A DNA stretch of 64,000 bases, taken from contig JBMOGB010000001.1 of assembly GCA_049318585.1 (NCBI GenBank), positions 62,851 through 126,850 of the forward strand, written 5' to 3'. Below are positions 51,354 through 61,800 of this stretch, piece by piece (the first letter of the stretch is position 1; every line of letters begins with the position of its first letter). The DNA comes from Bacteroidia bacterium (GTDB lineage Bacteria > Bacteroidota > Bacteroidia > UKL13-3). The notes below the pieces were generated by a model. That model was not told where the DNA came from. It did no database searches and was given only the letters and a program-made list of their open reading frames with translations. The position numbers and the translations under genes were made by a program.

Positions 51354-53718
51354 GAAAATAAGCGTGGAGGTCTCGTTTTATATCTTCATCAACTGTAGGA
51401 TTATCGTATAATATTTTATTAACTTTATTATTGTTTAATAAGGCTAATTCAAATTGAACATTATAAGGAATTTTTGTGTTATAAGCCATATTTTCTAATA
51501 TTTCCTGCGGAAGATTTTTGTCTAATAATTCCATCATTTGCTCTTCGGTTCCATGCAAAGAAATATATTCATCAGAAAGTTCTGATGTTGGAAAACTTTG
51601 TTTTCTTTGTTTTAATTTTACATCTTCTAAAGTCTCTACTTCTCGTTCTCTTTTTTGCTCTCGTTCTTGTTCTTGTTCTTGTTCTTGCGGAGGTTGCCAT
51701 TGTGTGGACTGCCAAAATGCCGCCTGATCTGGTGGTATCTGTGTTGTATTAACGTTTTGGTGTCCAGAAATATAATCATCTGGTTCTTTTTCGGATAAAA
51801 ATTTATAAGTTTCAGCAGCGGCTTCTCTAACTTGTTGATCTTTATCTTCCATTAGTTGTTTAGCAATTAATTCTGGGATAAAATCATTTTTACTTAAAGC
51901 AAGCCTTACTTCTACAGCTTTATGGTTTATTAAAATTTCATATACTTTTTTATACTCAATTTCATCTCGTATTTCTTTAGCTATTCCAGCTATAACAGAG
52001 TCATTTTCATACTTTAAAAATAATGAAAATAAATCAAGATAGTCACTTACATATGGAGTTACTGCTTTTATTTTTTTTACGTCACTAATTTTATCCTTTA
52101 TTTTTAAATATAAGTCTTCATCTAATCTTTCATTAGTTAATATCTTATATAATAGATTTTCATCTTTACTTTCTGATAAATAATTTAAAAATTTATATGA
52201 TTGAATTGTAGAAGCAATTTTTATTACATTCAAATCTGGGCATAATTCTAATATAACTTTAATACATTTTTCATCTATATTATTACAATTTAGCATTTCA
52301 TATATATTAGAACTATGTAATCTGCCAATATCTTTTTTTATTTCAATTAATATAGCGTATAATAAATCAGAAGGCATAGGACTATACCTTAGTTTATCTA
52401 TGAAGTCCGAAACATTACTATTATTAACAATTTTTATTTTTTCTTCTAAAGGTATAAAATTATTATTTATAACATTTACGCAACACGCTGAATAATTCAA
52501 CATTTTTTTATTTCGAAGGCTTATTAAGAAATCTATCATTTTAGTATTTACGTGCTTATTTCTAAATATATCATGGATATATTTAGGGTCACTTTTAACT
52601 AAAAAACCAAATAAAATATGAGCTGGACAATTATTGTTATACATAAACTCCTCTATATCTTTATATTTTTTATAAAGAAAGTCTAAAGCATTAGTTGGAG
52701 TATTATTGTTTGTAATTATAGACATAATTACTTCATGAGGCAAATCATTTTTTGTGCTTAAATATAATAAAGTATTAGGGTCCGTTTCTTTATATACCAT
52801 ATGATTTTTTTTTGTTATGCTTATATTTAGGCTTCTAAGATATTGATATTTTTGTTCTTTTGTCTCTGCTTCAATATTTGCAGCTGGATTTATAAGTTTT
52901 TTATATCTATTTGGAATTCTTATAGTTTTCAAATGTTCTTTAGGCTGCACTAACAAAAAATAATTAGCTTCTTCATCGCTTAACATTTCTTTATTAAAAT
53001 AAACAATCATATTTGGAGGCATTATTTCTGCGTCTTTTTTTATAATATCTTTTATAAGAGAATACCCAGGGCAATCTTCTGGGTTTTTCTTTTTATCAGG
53101 AGCATCCCATCCTAAAATTCTAGTTACCTTACAGTCTAAATCTCTTTCAACTGAAAAAGCAATTTTATAATTTGGGTCTGAACTTCTCAACGTCTTATCA
53201 ATTAAGAAATATAATACTACATTATTTGTTTGATAATATTCATAATGAGTCGCTGCTTGTTCAGTTATACACCATTTGGTTCCAGAACCAAATTTAATAC
53301 TTGCCATTTTAGTATCTGGTCTAACCATGGTATATCTTTCATCTTCATATAAGACCTTCGCATCTAAATCTTTAGTATCTACTACTCTTCTTTGTTTAAG
53401 CTGTAAAGTTTCTAATTTAGCATTTAGAGTTTCTAAAGAATCATAATTATTAATATCTCTATCTATAATCTCTAAATTTTTGGATAATCTATCAAATGTT
53501 TTTAAAGCTTCGATTATATCTTGAAGGACAAATCCATCATTTATTTGTTTAGCTCCCCAATCCAAATATTTAGGTTTTACTTGCTTATTTAATTCATCAA
53601 TTTCTTTAGATATGTTTGGGTATTTTTCTTTAGTTTCTCTTAATCCAGCTATTTTAAACAAATTAAAGCATATATTTTCGTATAGAACTGCTAGTTTTGT
53701 AATGGTTAATGAATGCAT
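51334..53718 (-). CDS. leader-tagged TKWCITEQ-domain + HEAT/LRV-like repeat protein, copy 3 (inverted)
   Basis: Start is probably ATG 53718 (MHSLTITKLAVLYENICFNLFKIAGLRE; the track extends to 53838). GSGTKWCITEQ. C-terminal YISLHGTEEQMMELLDKN..MAYNTKIPYNVQFELALLNN..DEDIKRDLHAYFHEEYE is nearly identical to copies 1 and 2. Confidence 0.65.
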   Translation of the reverse strand: MHSLTITKLAVLYENICFNLFKIAGLRETKEKYPNISKEIDELNKQVKPKYLDWGAKQINDGFVLQDIIEALKTFDRLSKNLEIIDRDINNYDSLETLNAKLETLQLKQRRVVDTKDLDAKVLYEDERYTMVRPDTKMASIKFGSGTKWCITEQAATHYEYYQTNNVVLYFLIDKTLRSSDPNYKIAFSVERDLDCKVTRILGWDAPDKKKNPEDCPGYSLIKDIIKKDAEIMPPNMIVYFNKEMLSDEEANYFLLVQPKEHLKTIRIPNRYKKLINPAANIEAETKEQKYQYLRSLNISITKKNHMVYKETDPNTLLYLSTKNDLPHEVIMSIITNNNTPTNALDFLYKKYKDIEEFMYNNNCPAHILFGFLVKSDPKYIHDIFRNKHVNTKMIDFLISLRNKKMLNYSACCVNVINNNFIPLEEKIKIVNNSNVSDFIDKLRYSPMPSDLLYAILIEIKKDIGRLHSSNIYEMLNCNNIDEKCIKVILELCPDLNVIKIASTIQSYKFLNYLSESKDENLLYKILTNERLDEDLYLKIKDKISDVKKIKAVTPYVSDYLDLFSLFLKYENDSVIAGIAKEIRDEIEYKKVYEILINHKAVEVRLALSKNDFIPELIAKQLMEDKDQQVREAAAETYKFLSEKEPDDYISGHQNVNTTQIPPDQAAFWQSTQWQPPQEQEQEQEREQKREREVETLEDVKLKQRKQSFPTSELSDEYISLHGTEEQMMELLDKNLPQEILENMAYNTKIPYNVQFELALLNNNKVNKILYDNPTVDEDIKRDLHAYFHEEYEK

Positions 53719-53772
53719 ATATAAATATAATATTATTATTAGGAACTCATCATTCAATATAACATTATTTAA

Positions 53773-55356
53773 ATGAGTAACATGAGTTGCATTTTTCCTA
53801 AACCAATATTCCCTTCTGTATTTTGGATTGGACTCCAAAAAGTTCTTCCTTTAAAAGATGGTTACTCAGTGTATCTATCTTGGAAGTACGCTATACCAAG
53901 TATTCAATCAAATACCATTGGTTATAATATATATTTTTCAACAAATATAAATGATGTTTTTACAGAAGGGTCAAAGTATTTTACACAAGAGTTATTTTTA
54001 ACAATAAATAGATTTGCTCCAGGAGATGTTCAATATTTTGCAGTACGCAGTATGGAATACGACCCTATAATTTTAAATTATACTGCATTACCAATTGCGT
54101 CGCAAGCAGAGAATGCATACACTTATCCAGAAACATTATTGACTTCTGATATTGATTCTATACAACTTAATATTCCAGTTATAGATGCCTCTGAATTTCC
54201 TTCTTTTGGTATAATAAAATTGGGTATAGAACTAATGAAGTATTCTAGTATTGACTATGCAAATAATATATTTCAAATTGATACTGATTGTAGAGGCTAT
54301 TATAATTCAGTTGCAACTTCGCATAATGCAGATGGCTATGATGGGTACAAATATCAAGATCCATTTATAAAATATTTTGCTGGATTTGAAGACCAAAACA
54401 ATATAATATGCGAAGCTGAACCTAAAATAGAATATCCTGAATATCCTTATGTTGAAAGCGATGGTTATAAACAAGTTATAAAAGATTTATTAACTACAGA
54501 TTTAGCAGCGTCTGATGAAACAAATGCTGGATTTCCGCCTTATGATTATAGCGGATTTCATCAAACAAATATTATGGATTATTTTTCTGGACATTGTATC
54601 GGTAGCTATGCAGGAGGTGAATATGGATGTTCAGACGGGTATAAAACTCGTGGATTAAATTTGCAACTTATAAACAGTCAAAGACTTGAAATTTTATTAC
54701 AAGTAACTGGAGAACCTGTAATTTTACTAAGAAGAAAATGGGCTGGTATTAGATGTAATTGTTTTAGAATGAATTTAGAAAATGCAGAAGGAAGATGCAA
54801 AAATTGTTTTAGCGTTGGATTTGTAGGCGGATATGATCAATATTATTACCAAAAAAGAAAAGATGGTAGAATATTAATGCGATTTGAGCCTACAGCGGAT
54901 GATCTTGCTGTAAAGTCTCATGGATTGCAGCAAACATTTGTTCCAAATTGTTGGACTCTTGTAGAACCAGCAATAAAAGATAGAGATATTATAATAAGAT
55001 TTAATGAAGATGGAACTGAAGAATTTAGATATGAAGTAATTAATGTTACAAGGAATAGACTTTTATTCTCATTGTCTGGTTCTCAAAAAATGCAAATATA
55101 TCGAGTTGATAAAACTGATATTATTTATCAATGGAGAGCTATAAGAAGTACAGCTGATAATCCAGTTAAATTAAACACAACGATGGGAGAGTTAAGAGGA
55201 TACGGTCCTCATTTCCATATAGTAACAATTACTGATGGGATAATCAATCTATCTCAAATTAATTCAACTACATCAACTATGGCTTCACATAATCACCCAA
55301 TAATTAATGGAATAGTACAAGAAGTATTAGGGCATAGTCACGAAATTACTTTTTAG
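53773..55356 (+). CDS. putative tail/baseplate fibre-type structural protein with internal zinc knuckle and C-terminal HxH triplet
   Basis: GIRCNCF..(11)..CKNCFSVGFVGGYD. C-terminal GPHFHIV, ASHNHPI and LGHSHEI (3x HxH). Divergent from the HEAT-family gene and upstream of the tailspike block. Confidence 0.5.
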   Translation: MSNMSCIFPKPIFPSVFWIGLQKVLPLKDGYSVYLSWKYAIPSIQSNTIGYNIYFSTNINDVFTEGSKYFTQELFLTINRFAPGDVQYFAVRSMEYDPIILNYTALPIASQAENAYTYPETLLTSDIDSIQLNIPVIDASEFPSFGIIKLGIELMKYSSIDYANNIFQIDTDCRGYYNSVATSHNADGYDGYKYQDPFIKYFAGFEDQNNIICEAEPKIEYPEYPYVESDGYKQVIKDLLTTDLAASDETNAGFPPYDYSGFHQTNIMDYFSGHCIGSYAGGEYGCSDGYKTRGLNLQLINSQRLEILLQVTGEPVILLRRKWAGIRCNCFRMNLENAEGRCKNCFSVGFVGGYDQYYYQKRKDGRILMRFEPTADDLAVKSHGLQQTFVPNCWTLVEPAIKDRDIIIRFNEDGTEEFRYEVINVTRNRLLFSLSGSQKMQIYRVDKTDIIYQWRAIRSTADNPVKLNTTMGELRGYGPHFHIVTITDGIINLSQINSTTSTMASHNHPIINGIVQEVLGHSHEITF

Positions 55357-56505
55357 CTTTTTAGCTTTAGCACAACTTGGGCACCAAGTATGCCTGTGCA
55401 TTATAGTCCCTGGTTTAGCTTCCCATTTTGTATTGCAAACATTACATTTCCATAATAATTTTATATGCCTGCTATAATAAACATCAGATAAACATTCTCC
55501 ATTTTTATTTTTTGCTAAAATATTCATTTCTTCGATTGTACCTTTTTTTGATCCATTACAATTTGGGCACCAACTTTTTCTTGATATTACAGAATTAATA
55601 CTAGCTTCCCATATTTGTTTGCAAGTATTACATTTCCATTTATATTTTTCATGAGATCCTACATAATATTCAGATAAGAATTCTCCATTGTTATTAATTG
55701 CATAATTTTTTAATTCATCTATCTTATCATTATTTTTACTATATGCAAATGAAAGATCTATATTTATAGAATCATAATTTTCTGGGATATTATAATTAAC
55801 TTTTGATAGTTCATTTTTTATTAATTTTTTTAGTTGTGATATTTTTGTAATTGATATTAGCTCAGGGATTACAACTAAAGTAACATTATGTTGTTTGCAT
55901 AATTCAATTTTTTTCAAATCATCTAACTTTCTTTGTTCCAAATCAATTTGATATTTCCAATTGTTTGAATAATGTTGTTCTCCATTATGTTCAAATGCTA
56001 GTTTCAATTCTTCGCAATAACCATCCAATTCCATTATATTATTTTTATCATTTCTTAACCAAGATGGTTTTATCTTTGGAAATTTGTTATTAAATAATTG
56101 TTCAAAATATATTTTGCATATTCTTTCATATAATCCAGAAGAGCATTGTGGACAAGTTGAATTTTTATATACTAATCTGTTTAATGTGCTTTTCCAAATA
56201 TTATTGCATATATTACATTGCCAAAATAGATTATCTAAACAATTTGTATAATCAGAAATTAATTTGATATTCCTTTCATTTGAAAAATTATCAATAAATT
56301 CTTTGGAATATTTTTTAGATTGTATTTTGCAATTTGGGCACCAAGTCCCTTTAATAATATTTGAAAAGCAAGTTTTCCATATGAAATTGCAAATATTACA
56401 TTTCCAGACTAATTGTTGTTTATTATCTATATAATTATCTATTAAGCATTCTCCATTTTTATTTTTTGCGGTTTCTTTAATAAAATCGAGGCTGTATTTT
56501 TTCAT
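55327..56505 (-). CDS. Zn-ribbon / Vsr-DUF559-like endonuclease family, order 2 ZnR - nuclease - 2 ZnR
   Basis: KNGECLIDNYIDNKQQLVWKCNICNFIW..TWCPNCK.., IMELDGYCEELKLAFEHNGEQHY, ..KWKCNTCKQIW..SWCPNCN... Convergently overlaps the previous gene by 30 nt. Confidence 0.8.
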   Translation of the reverse strand: MKKYSLDFIKETAKNKNGECLIDNYIDNKQQLVWKCNICNFIWKTCFSNIIKGTWCPNCKIQSKKYSKEFIDNFSNERNIKLISDYTNCLDNLFWQCNICNNIWKSTLNRLVYKNSTCPQCSSGLYERICKIYFEQLFNNKFPKIKPSWLRNDKNNIMELDGYCEELKLAFEHNGEQHYSNNWKYQIDLEQRKLDDLKKIELCKQHNVTLVVIPELISITKISQLKKLIKNELSKVNYNIPENYDSINIDLSFAYSKNNDKIDELKNYAINNNGEFLSEYYVGSHEKYKWKCNTCKQIWEASINSVISRKSWCPNCNGSKKGTIEEMNILAKNKNGECLSDVYYSRHIKLLWKCNVCNTKWEAKPGTIMHRHTWCPSCAKAKKLKSNFVTMP

Positions 56506-56507
56506 TA

Positions 56508-57293
56508 TTACATAGTTCCATCACTTTGCCTAGCATTCATCCTTTCATCATTTGCGCCAGCTCTTTCTTTTTCTTGCTGAATTATTTTAGCTCTATTTTG
56601 TGGGTCTAATGAAGATAACATTTGAGCAAAATAAGTTTTAATAGTATCATAACTACTAGTAGCCAACCCATAACCTGTAAGTGCGCCTAAACTATCATAA
56701 ATAATTTTACCAGGTGTATCTTTCTCACTTATTTGCGAATATATATCATCTATTGTTTTTAAAAATGAAGATATGTTGCCTTTAAGGCTATTTATTTTAT
56801 TATCATTAAAATTAGTTGGAGTTAAACATTGATTAATTGTTGTTCTAAGTCCATAATATTCACTTCTGACTTTTGCTGTTATATCCAATAATTTTAAGTT
56901 TGCAGCCACTCCAATTAATACATTAATATGTTGATCTATAGTTAAAATTGCAGCCGTTACATGTTCTACTATTATTGGAAGGAATTCTATTATGCTAGAC
57001 ATTAAAGAATTGTTGGGTACTGCTGGCATCTCTAAATTAACTTCAAGTGGATTTTTAGATAATTGCTGCCATTTTGGTTGTGGCTGTTCTGCATCATTTG
57101 GGGCAACAGTTTGTTGCTTTCGTGGTTGTGGTTGTTTTGCATCATTTGGGGCAACAGTTTGTTGATTTTGTGGTTGATTAAACCATGTTTGTTGCTTTGT
57201 TTGCTTTGTTTGCTTAGAAGGACTGTTGGCTGTTGCCTTAGCTATTTTATAAAAAGCATCAACTAATTTAAATAAATTATATCTTTGATTCAT
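56508..57293 (-). CDS. leader-tagged Gln/Pro-rich protein
   Basis: MNQRYNLFKLVDAFYKIAKA leader. A 48-nt tandem duplication (57076-57116 / 57124-57164) encodes QQTVAPNDA(K/E)QPQP. The start lies 13 nt downstream of the (AAT)13 tract. Confidence 0.6.
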   Translation of the reverse strand: MNQRYNLFKLVDAFYKIAKATANSPSKQTKQTKQQTWFNQPQNQQTVAPNDAKQPQPRKQQTVAPNDAEQPQPKWQQLSKNPLEVNLEMPAVPNNSLMSSIIEFLPIIVEHVTAAILTIDQHINVLIGVAANLKLLDITAKVRSEYYGLRTTINQCLTPTNFNDNKINSLKGNISSFLKTIDDIYSQISEKDTPGKIIYDSLGALTGYGLATSSYDTIKTYFAQMLSSLDPQNRAKIIQQEKERAGANDERMNARQSDGTM

Positions 57294-57305
57294 AATATAA
57301 TATTA

Positions 57306-57347
<42 letters not shown>

Positions 57348-57380
57348 GATGTGATATTTAATGTAACTATAGTATATTTT

Positions 57381-58757
57381 TCATATTTTTTTTAATTTAT
57401 TTGCTTTTTCAAATTCATTTTCCCAAATAGTTATTATCTTATAACCAGCTTTAGTTATTTCATTTTCTCTTTTAATTGTTTTATAATATAATTCTTTAAA
57501 TTTTTTCTTATTTTTATAGTTATTTTTTTCTGGATTATAAATTTTTGGATTTCCATGCCAAAAATCGCCATAAAATTCATATATTGTATTTGTTTCTTCA
57601 ACATAAGCATCCACTTGATATTTTTTATTATTAATTATTAATGTTTTATGCCTATGTTTTAATTCTATATTTATAGAATCTAACCACAAAATTTCTTTTT
57701 TAGATATTATATGGCTATGAAATGGGCAATTGTATTTTCGTTTCGTTCTTGCTGCAACAACCGTTTGCCATTCATGTAAATTATTTTTATTGCATCTCCA
57801 CCAAACTTTTGATTTATGAGCATAATAAGTATTTTCTGGCGTTTTATTTCCATTTTTTTCTGGATGCCATTCATTTGCTATATCTGGAAACATAGTCGCC
57901 AAACAATTTGTTTCATTAACTTTATGCCCAGAACAATAAGGACAGCCTTTACATTTCCTATTTGAAACTGAAGCTAACCATGTATGTTTATTATTTTTTA
58001 AACATATCCACCAATATTTTTTACTGTTATATGCATTAACCTCATCTGGCAATAATATATTCTTATTATAATTCCATTCTTTTGCAAGTTTTGGGTATAA
58101 TAATTTAAGATTATTTGTCTCGTTTGTTTTTAAATTTGCGCAATATGGACATCCAAAATTAGATGTTCGTTGATTTATAGAAGAATACCATTCATGTTTA
58201 TCGTTTTTGTCACATATCCACCAAATTTTTTCATGGCTTCCAAAAGTATAATTTTCTGGTAATTTATTTCCATTTTTTGTTGAATGCCATTGTTTTGCTA
58301 TTTGTGGAAATTTTACTGCTAAATTATTAAAATCGTCAGCTTTATGCCCAACGCAATATGGGCATCCATTACCAAGCGCAGTTCTACTACATATTATCGC
58401 TTCCCAATTATGTTTTATATTTTTGCTACAAATCCACCAAGATTTATAATTACTTCCTGGAGTTACTTCATTAGGATTTAATATATTTTTACTGAAATCC
58501 CATTCTTTCATTAGATCTGGGTTTAATGTTAGTAAAGAATTATCATTATTTACTTTTTTATTAGCACAAAATGGGCACCCAGTTTTACTTAAAGCTCTAT
58601 TTCCAATACTAGCAAGCCAATTATGTTTTATATCTTTTTGACATTGCCATAATATTTTTTTGTGGCTTCCGTGAGTTACTTGATTTGGCAATATAATATT
58701 ATCTTTATGCCATTCTTCGCATAATTTTGGATGAGTAATATTTAATGTTTCTTTCAT
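57381..58757 (-). CDS. 6x treble-clef zinc-ribbon (DUF4379-like) repeats + C-terminal Vsr-like endonuclease
   Basis: Repeats of the form L..EW.......P.......S..K.WW.C.KN.KH.W.......R.....GCPYC.G.K. C-terminus YQVDAYVEETNTIYEFYGDFWHGNP. Confidence 0.8.
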   Translation of the reverse strand: MKETLNITHPKLCEEWHKDNIILPNQVTHGSHKKILWQCQKDIKHNWLASIGNRALSKTGCPFCANKKVNNDNSLLTLNPDLMKEWDFSKNILNPNEVTPGSNYKSWWICSKNIKHNWEAIICSRTALGNGCPYCVGHKADDFNNLAVKFPQIAKQWHSTKNGNKLPENYTFGSHEKIWWICDKNDKHEWYSSINQRTSNFGCPYCANLKTNETNNLKLLYPKLAKEWNYNKNILLPDEVNAYNSKKYWWICLKNNKHTWLASVSNRKCKGCPYCSGHKVNETNCLATMFPDIANEWHPEKNGNKTPENTYYAHKSKVWWRCNKNNLHEWQTVVAARTKRKYNCPFHSHIISKKEILWLDSINIELKHRHKTLIINNKKYQVDAYVEETNTIYEFYGDFWHGNPKIYNPEKNNYKNKKKFKELYYKTIKRENEITKAGYKIITIWENEFEKANKLKKI

Positions 58758-58846
58758 GCTAAATATATAATTAAACTCTAATAATGTTGTCTTAAAATAT
58801 TATTCGTTCAATATTATTATATTATTATTGAATAATATGAGGCAAA

Positions 58847-61800
58847 ATGGTAAACAATAGAAGAATAGAAAATCCTGGGCGTTTAGTAACTTATCGCTCA
58901 GATTTTGAAGGGCATTGGCAGGGAGATAATTTCCGGCATACAGCTGATGATATTGATATGAATCCAGCGCTTGTTTATGCCCCTCCAGTCCCACCAGCAA
59001 CAACAGTTCAAGGAACTTTAGAAAATTTATTAGGACTAATAAATAATGGCAACGATTTTGTAAGCATTGGGGACGGGAATATTTCTAACGGCTCATACAC
59101 TGTAAATGCTGGGTACACAACAATAGAAACTGCTTTTGATGCTGCTATTGCTGCTCTTAGATTTTCAGCTTCTGGTGGAATAATCTTATTAAAGAGCGGG
59201 CATTATAATTTTACAAATACAGTTGTTTTGCCAGCTGGAATATCAGTAATTGGAGAGATTGGCGGCACGATGATAAATGCAGTTGCAGATAACCCAATTT
59301 TCCAAGTAGAAGAATCTCCAAATTTTCCAATAAATTTAACACCAACTGTTATTTGTGCGGACGGATATAGAATTTCTAAGTTTCAAAATTTAACCTTTTT
59401 TGATAATTATGGACAAAATAGTGCTGTATTAACAGCTACAAATTCTTGTTTCTTATTGCTTAATCAAGGATCTAATGTAGAAATAGATAAATGTTCATTT
59501 TTTGGTAAATTTTCTGGACCTGGAAGTAGTACTACTATAACAAGACAAGTATTAAGATTAAATGTAGCAGTTACAAATTATAATACCATTCTTTCTTTTA
59601 AAAATTCTACTGTATTTTCTACACAACAAATTTTAAAATTTAATCCAGATTTAACTAAAGACAATCGTTTAACATTTTCTAATAATAGAGTTTGGTGCTC
59701 TGGTGTTATTGACGGTGTTTTATTAACTGATACTTCCTTAATACCTCTCTATGGGTGCAATAGCGAGTTCTGCAATAATGACATTACATTTGGGCTTTCA
59801 TCAACTGCTCAGGCTGTAAAAGTATTTGCTTATTGCTATTCAAATCCACAAACTTTATGTACAATGATTATTACTGGAAATAAAATAAAAGCAGCAGATA
59901 ATACATTGATTGACCAAAATAGTTTATTTTCAACTATTGGAGGCGTAGATGCTGGAAAAAATATAAGATCAGTTATAACTGGAAATACTTGTCCTAGTTC
60001 TAATGATTCTAATAGCTGGTATTTAGTTGTTGGCGATGGCACAAATTCAATAGGAGATATAAATGGTCCAAAAGCATTATCTTACATATATGAATATTAT
60101 AAACAAGAAAATGATTCTGGCAATAAATTTCATGGGCAAATAACAATATTTGTAAGATATGGAGAGTATACAGTAGTCGATGGCTCATTTACAACTGAGG
60201 CTACAAATTTTAATTTTAAATTAATTGGGTTGCCAGAAAACGGAAATTTACCAGTAATAACTTTTAATTTTACGGCTCCAACAATAAATGGACAAAATAT
60301 ATTTTTAGGAAGCCATATAGAAAATATATCATTTAGAGCTAATAATAAATTTTACAATATTTGCCCAACAGATTATTTTACAGACCCAAACCCTGGTGCT
60401 CCATTTGCGAAATATATTACAGTTAAGAATTGCTCATTTAAAAATTGTGGAATTTTGTTGCAAAGCAATGCAAATATTATTAATTCAGATTGTAAAGGTT
60501 TAGTCAATTTTGAAAATTGTAGATTTGATATAGGTGAAACATTATTAAATATATCAAATACAAATAAAACAGCAATTAGTTGTTTATTATCAAATTATAA
60601 ATTAATTATAAATTCTTGTTATACACAAATAGATACTTCATTTGGATCATTTTTAAAAGTCATACCTTTATATTCACCATTCACCTTTAATAATGATATA
60701 GAAATAAAGAATTGTATAATTTATTCTAAAGGGCAAGGGAGTGATGCTTTGCTTTTGTTATACGGTATAAGATCAATAATAGTTGAAAATAATATATTTG
60801 ATATATCTAAAGCAACAACATCTGCTTTAGCTTCAATAATACAAGCAACAGCATTTATAAATAATTTTAATGAACCGTTATTTGCAGCTCATAATAATAA
60901 ATTTATTCAAGCTGCAGCAGGAACAACATCTTTATTTGCATTGAATTTAAAGGGATTTTCAAAAATTGATATTTCAAACAATATATATAAAAATTGCGCT
61001 TTGGCTAATTTTATTGATATGAATATTTCTGCTATAGGTTTCCCACCATCTTCAATTATATATCCATATAATATAAACGTAAGTGATAATTTATATGTGT
61101 CTTTTGTTAATAGTTATGGCTTCTTATCTATAAGAGGAGGAGATTCAACTGATGTTGCTGGAACAATAAATGTATGTAATAATACAATTGATATGAGTTT
61201 AAAAGCAGAGGCTTGTAATAGATATAATGATTTATTAAATTATTATAACGGAAACATTACTGGAGTAATTGGAATAGATTTAACTGATTCAGATATAAAT
61301 ATAAGTGGAAATACAATATCAAAATTTAAAACAAATCAAACAGATGTAATGGAATCTTTAATTTATTGTCTAAAATATAAAAATGCAAATATACATGATA
61401 ATAAAATTGCTTTAAATAATTTAGCCTTGTCTAGAAAAATTTATTCTATATATGTTTCTAAAACTGATCCTTTAACCCCATATACTAGTAATAATGACTC
61501 TATTTCTATTACAAATAATATCATTACACATTATGATGCTATACTGTCTGACTATGGCATTTATGCCCAATATACAAAATTTGTAAATATAAAAGGCAAT
61601 AACATAAAAGGACTTGGCGGTTCATTAAAAAATTTTATAACGGCTTTTGGAGATAATACTGACAATGGTGCTAATATTGGAGAAATAACTGGCAATATAA
61701 TATATTCAGATAGTGGAACTCATGAAAATAATTCTGCTATAGTTTATACTAATCCAGACTGGACTGTTCCTTTTAATTTTATTAAACTTACAGTAAATAA

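Noticed and set aside
58800-59003. 67-aa minus-strand ORF overlapping the tailspike start, and the 7-bp inverted repeat ttcaata..tattgaa in the 58758-58846 spacer.
   Set aside because: The ORF lacks an SD and overlaps a much better supported gene. The inverted repeat is short and AT-only, so it cannot be distinguished from chance.
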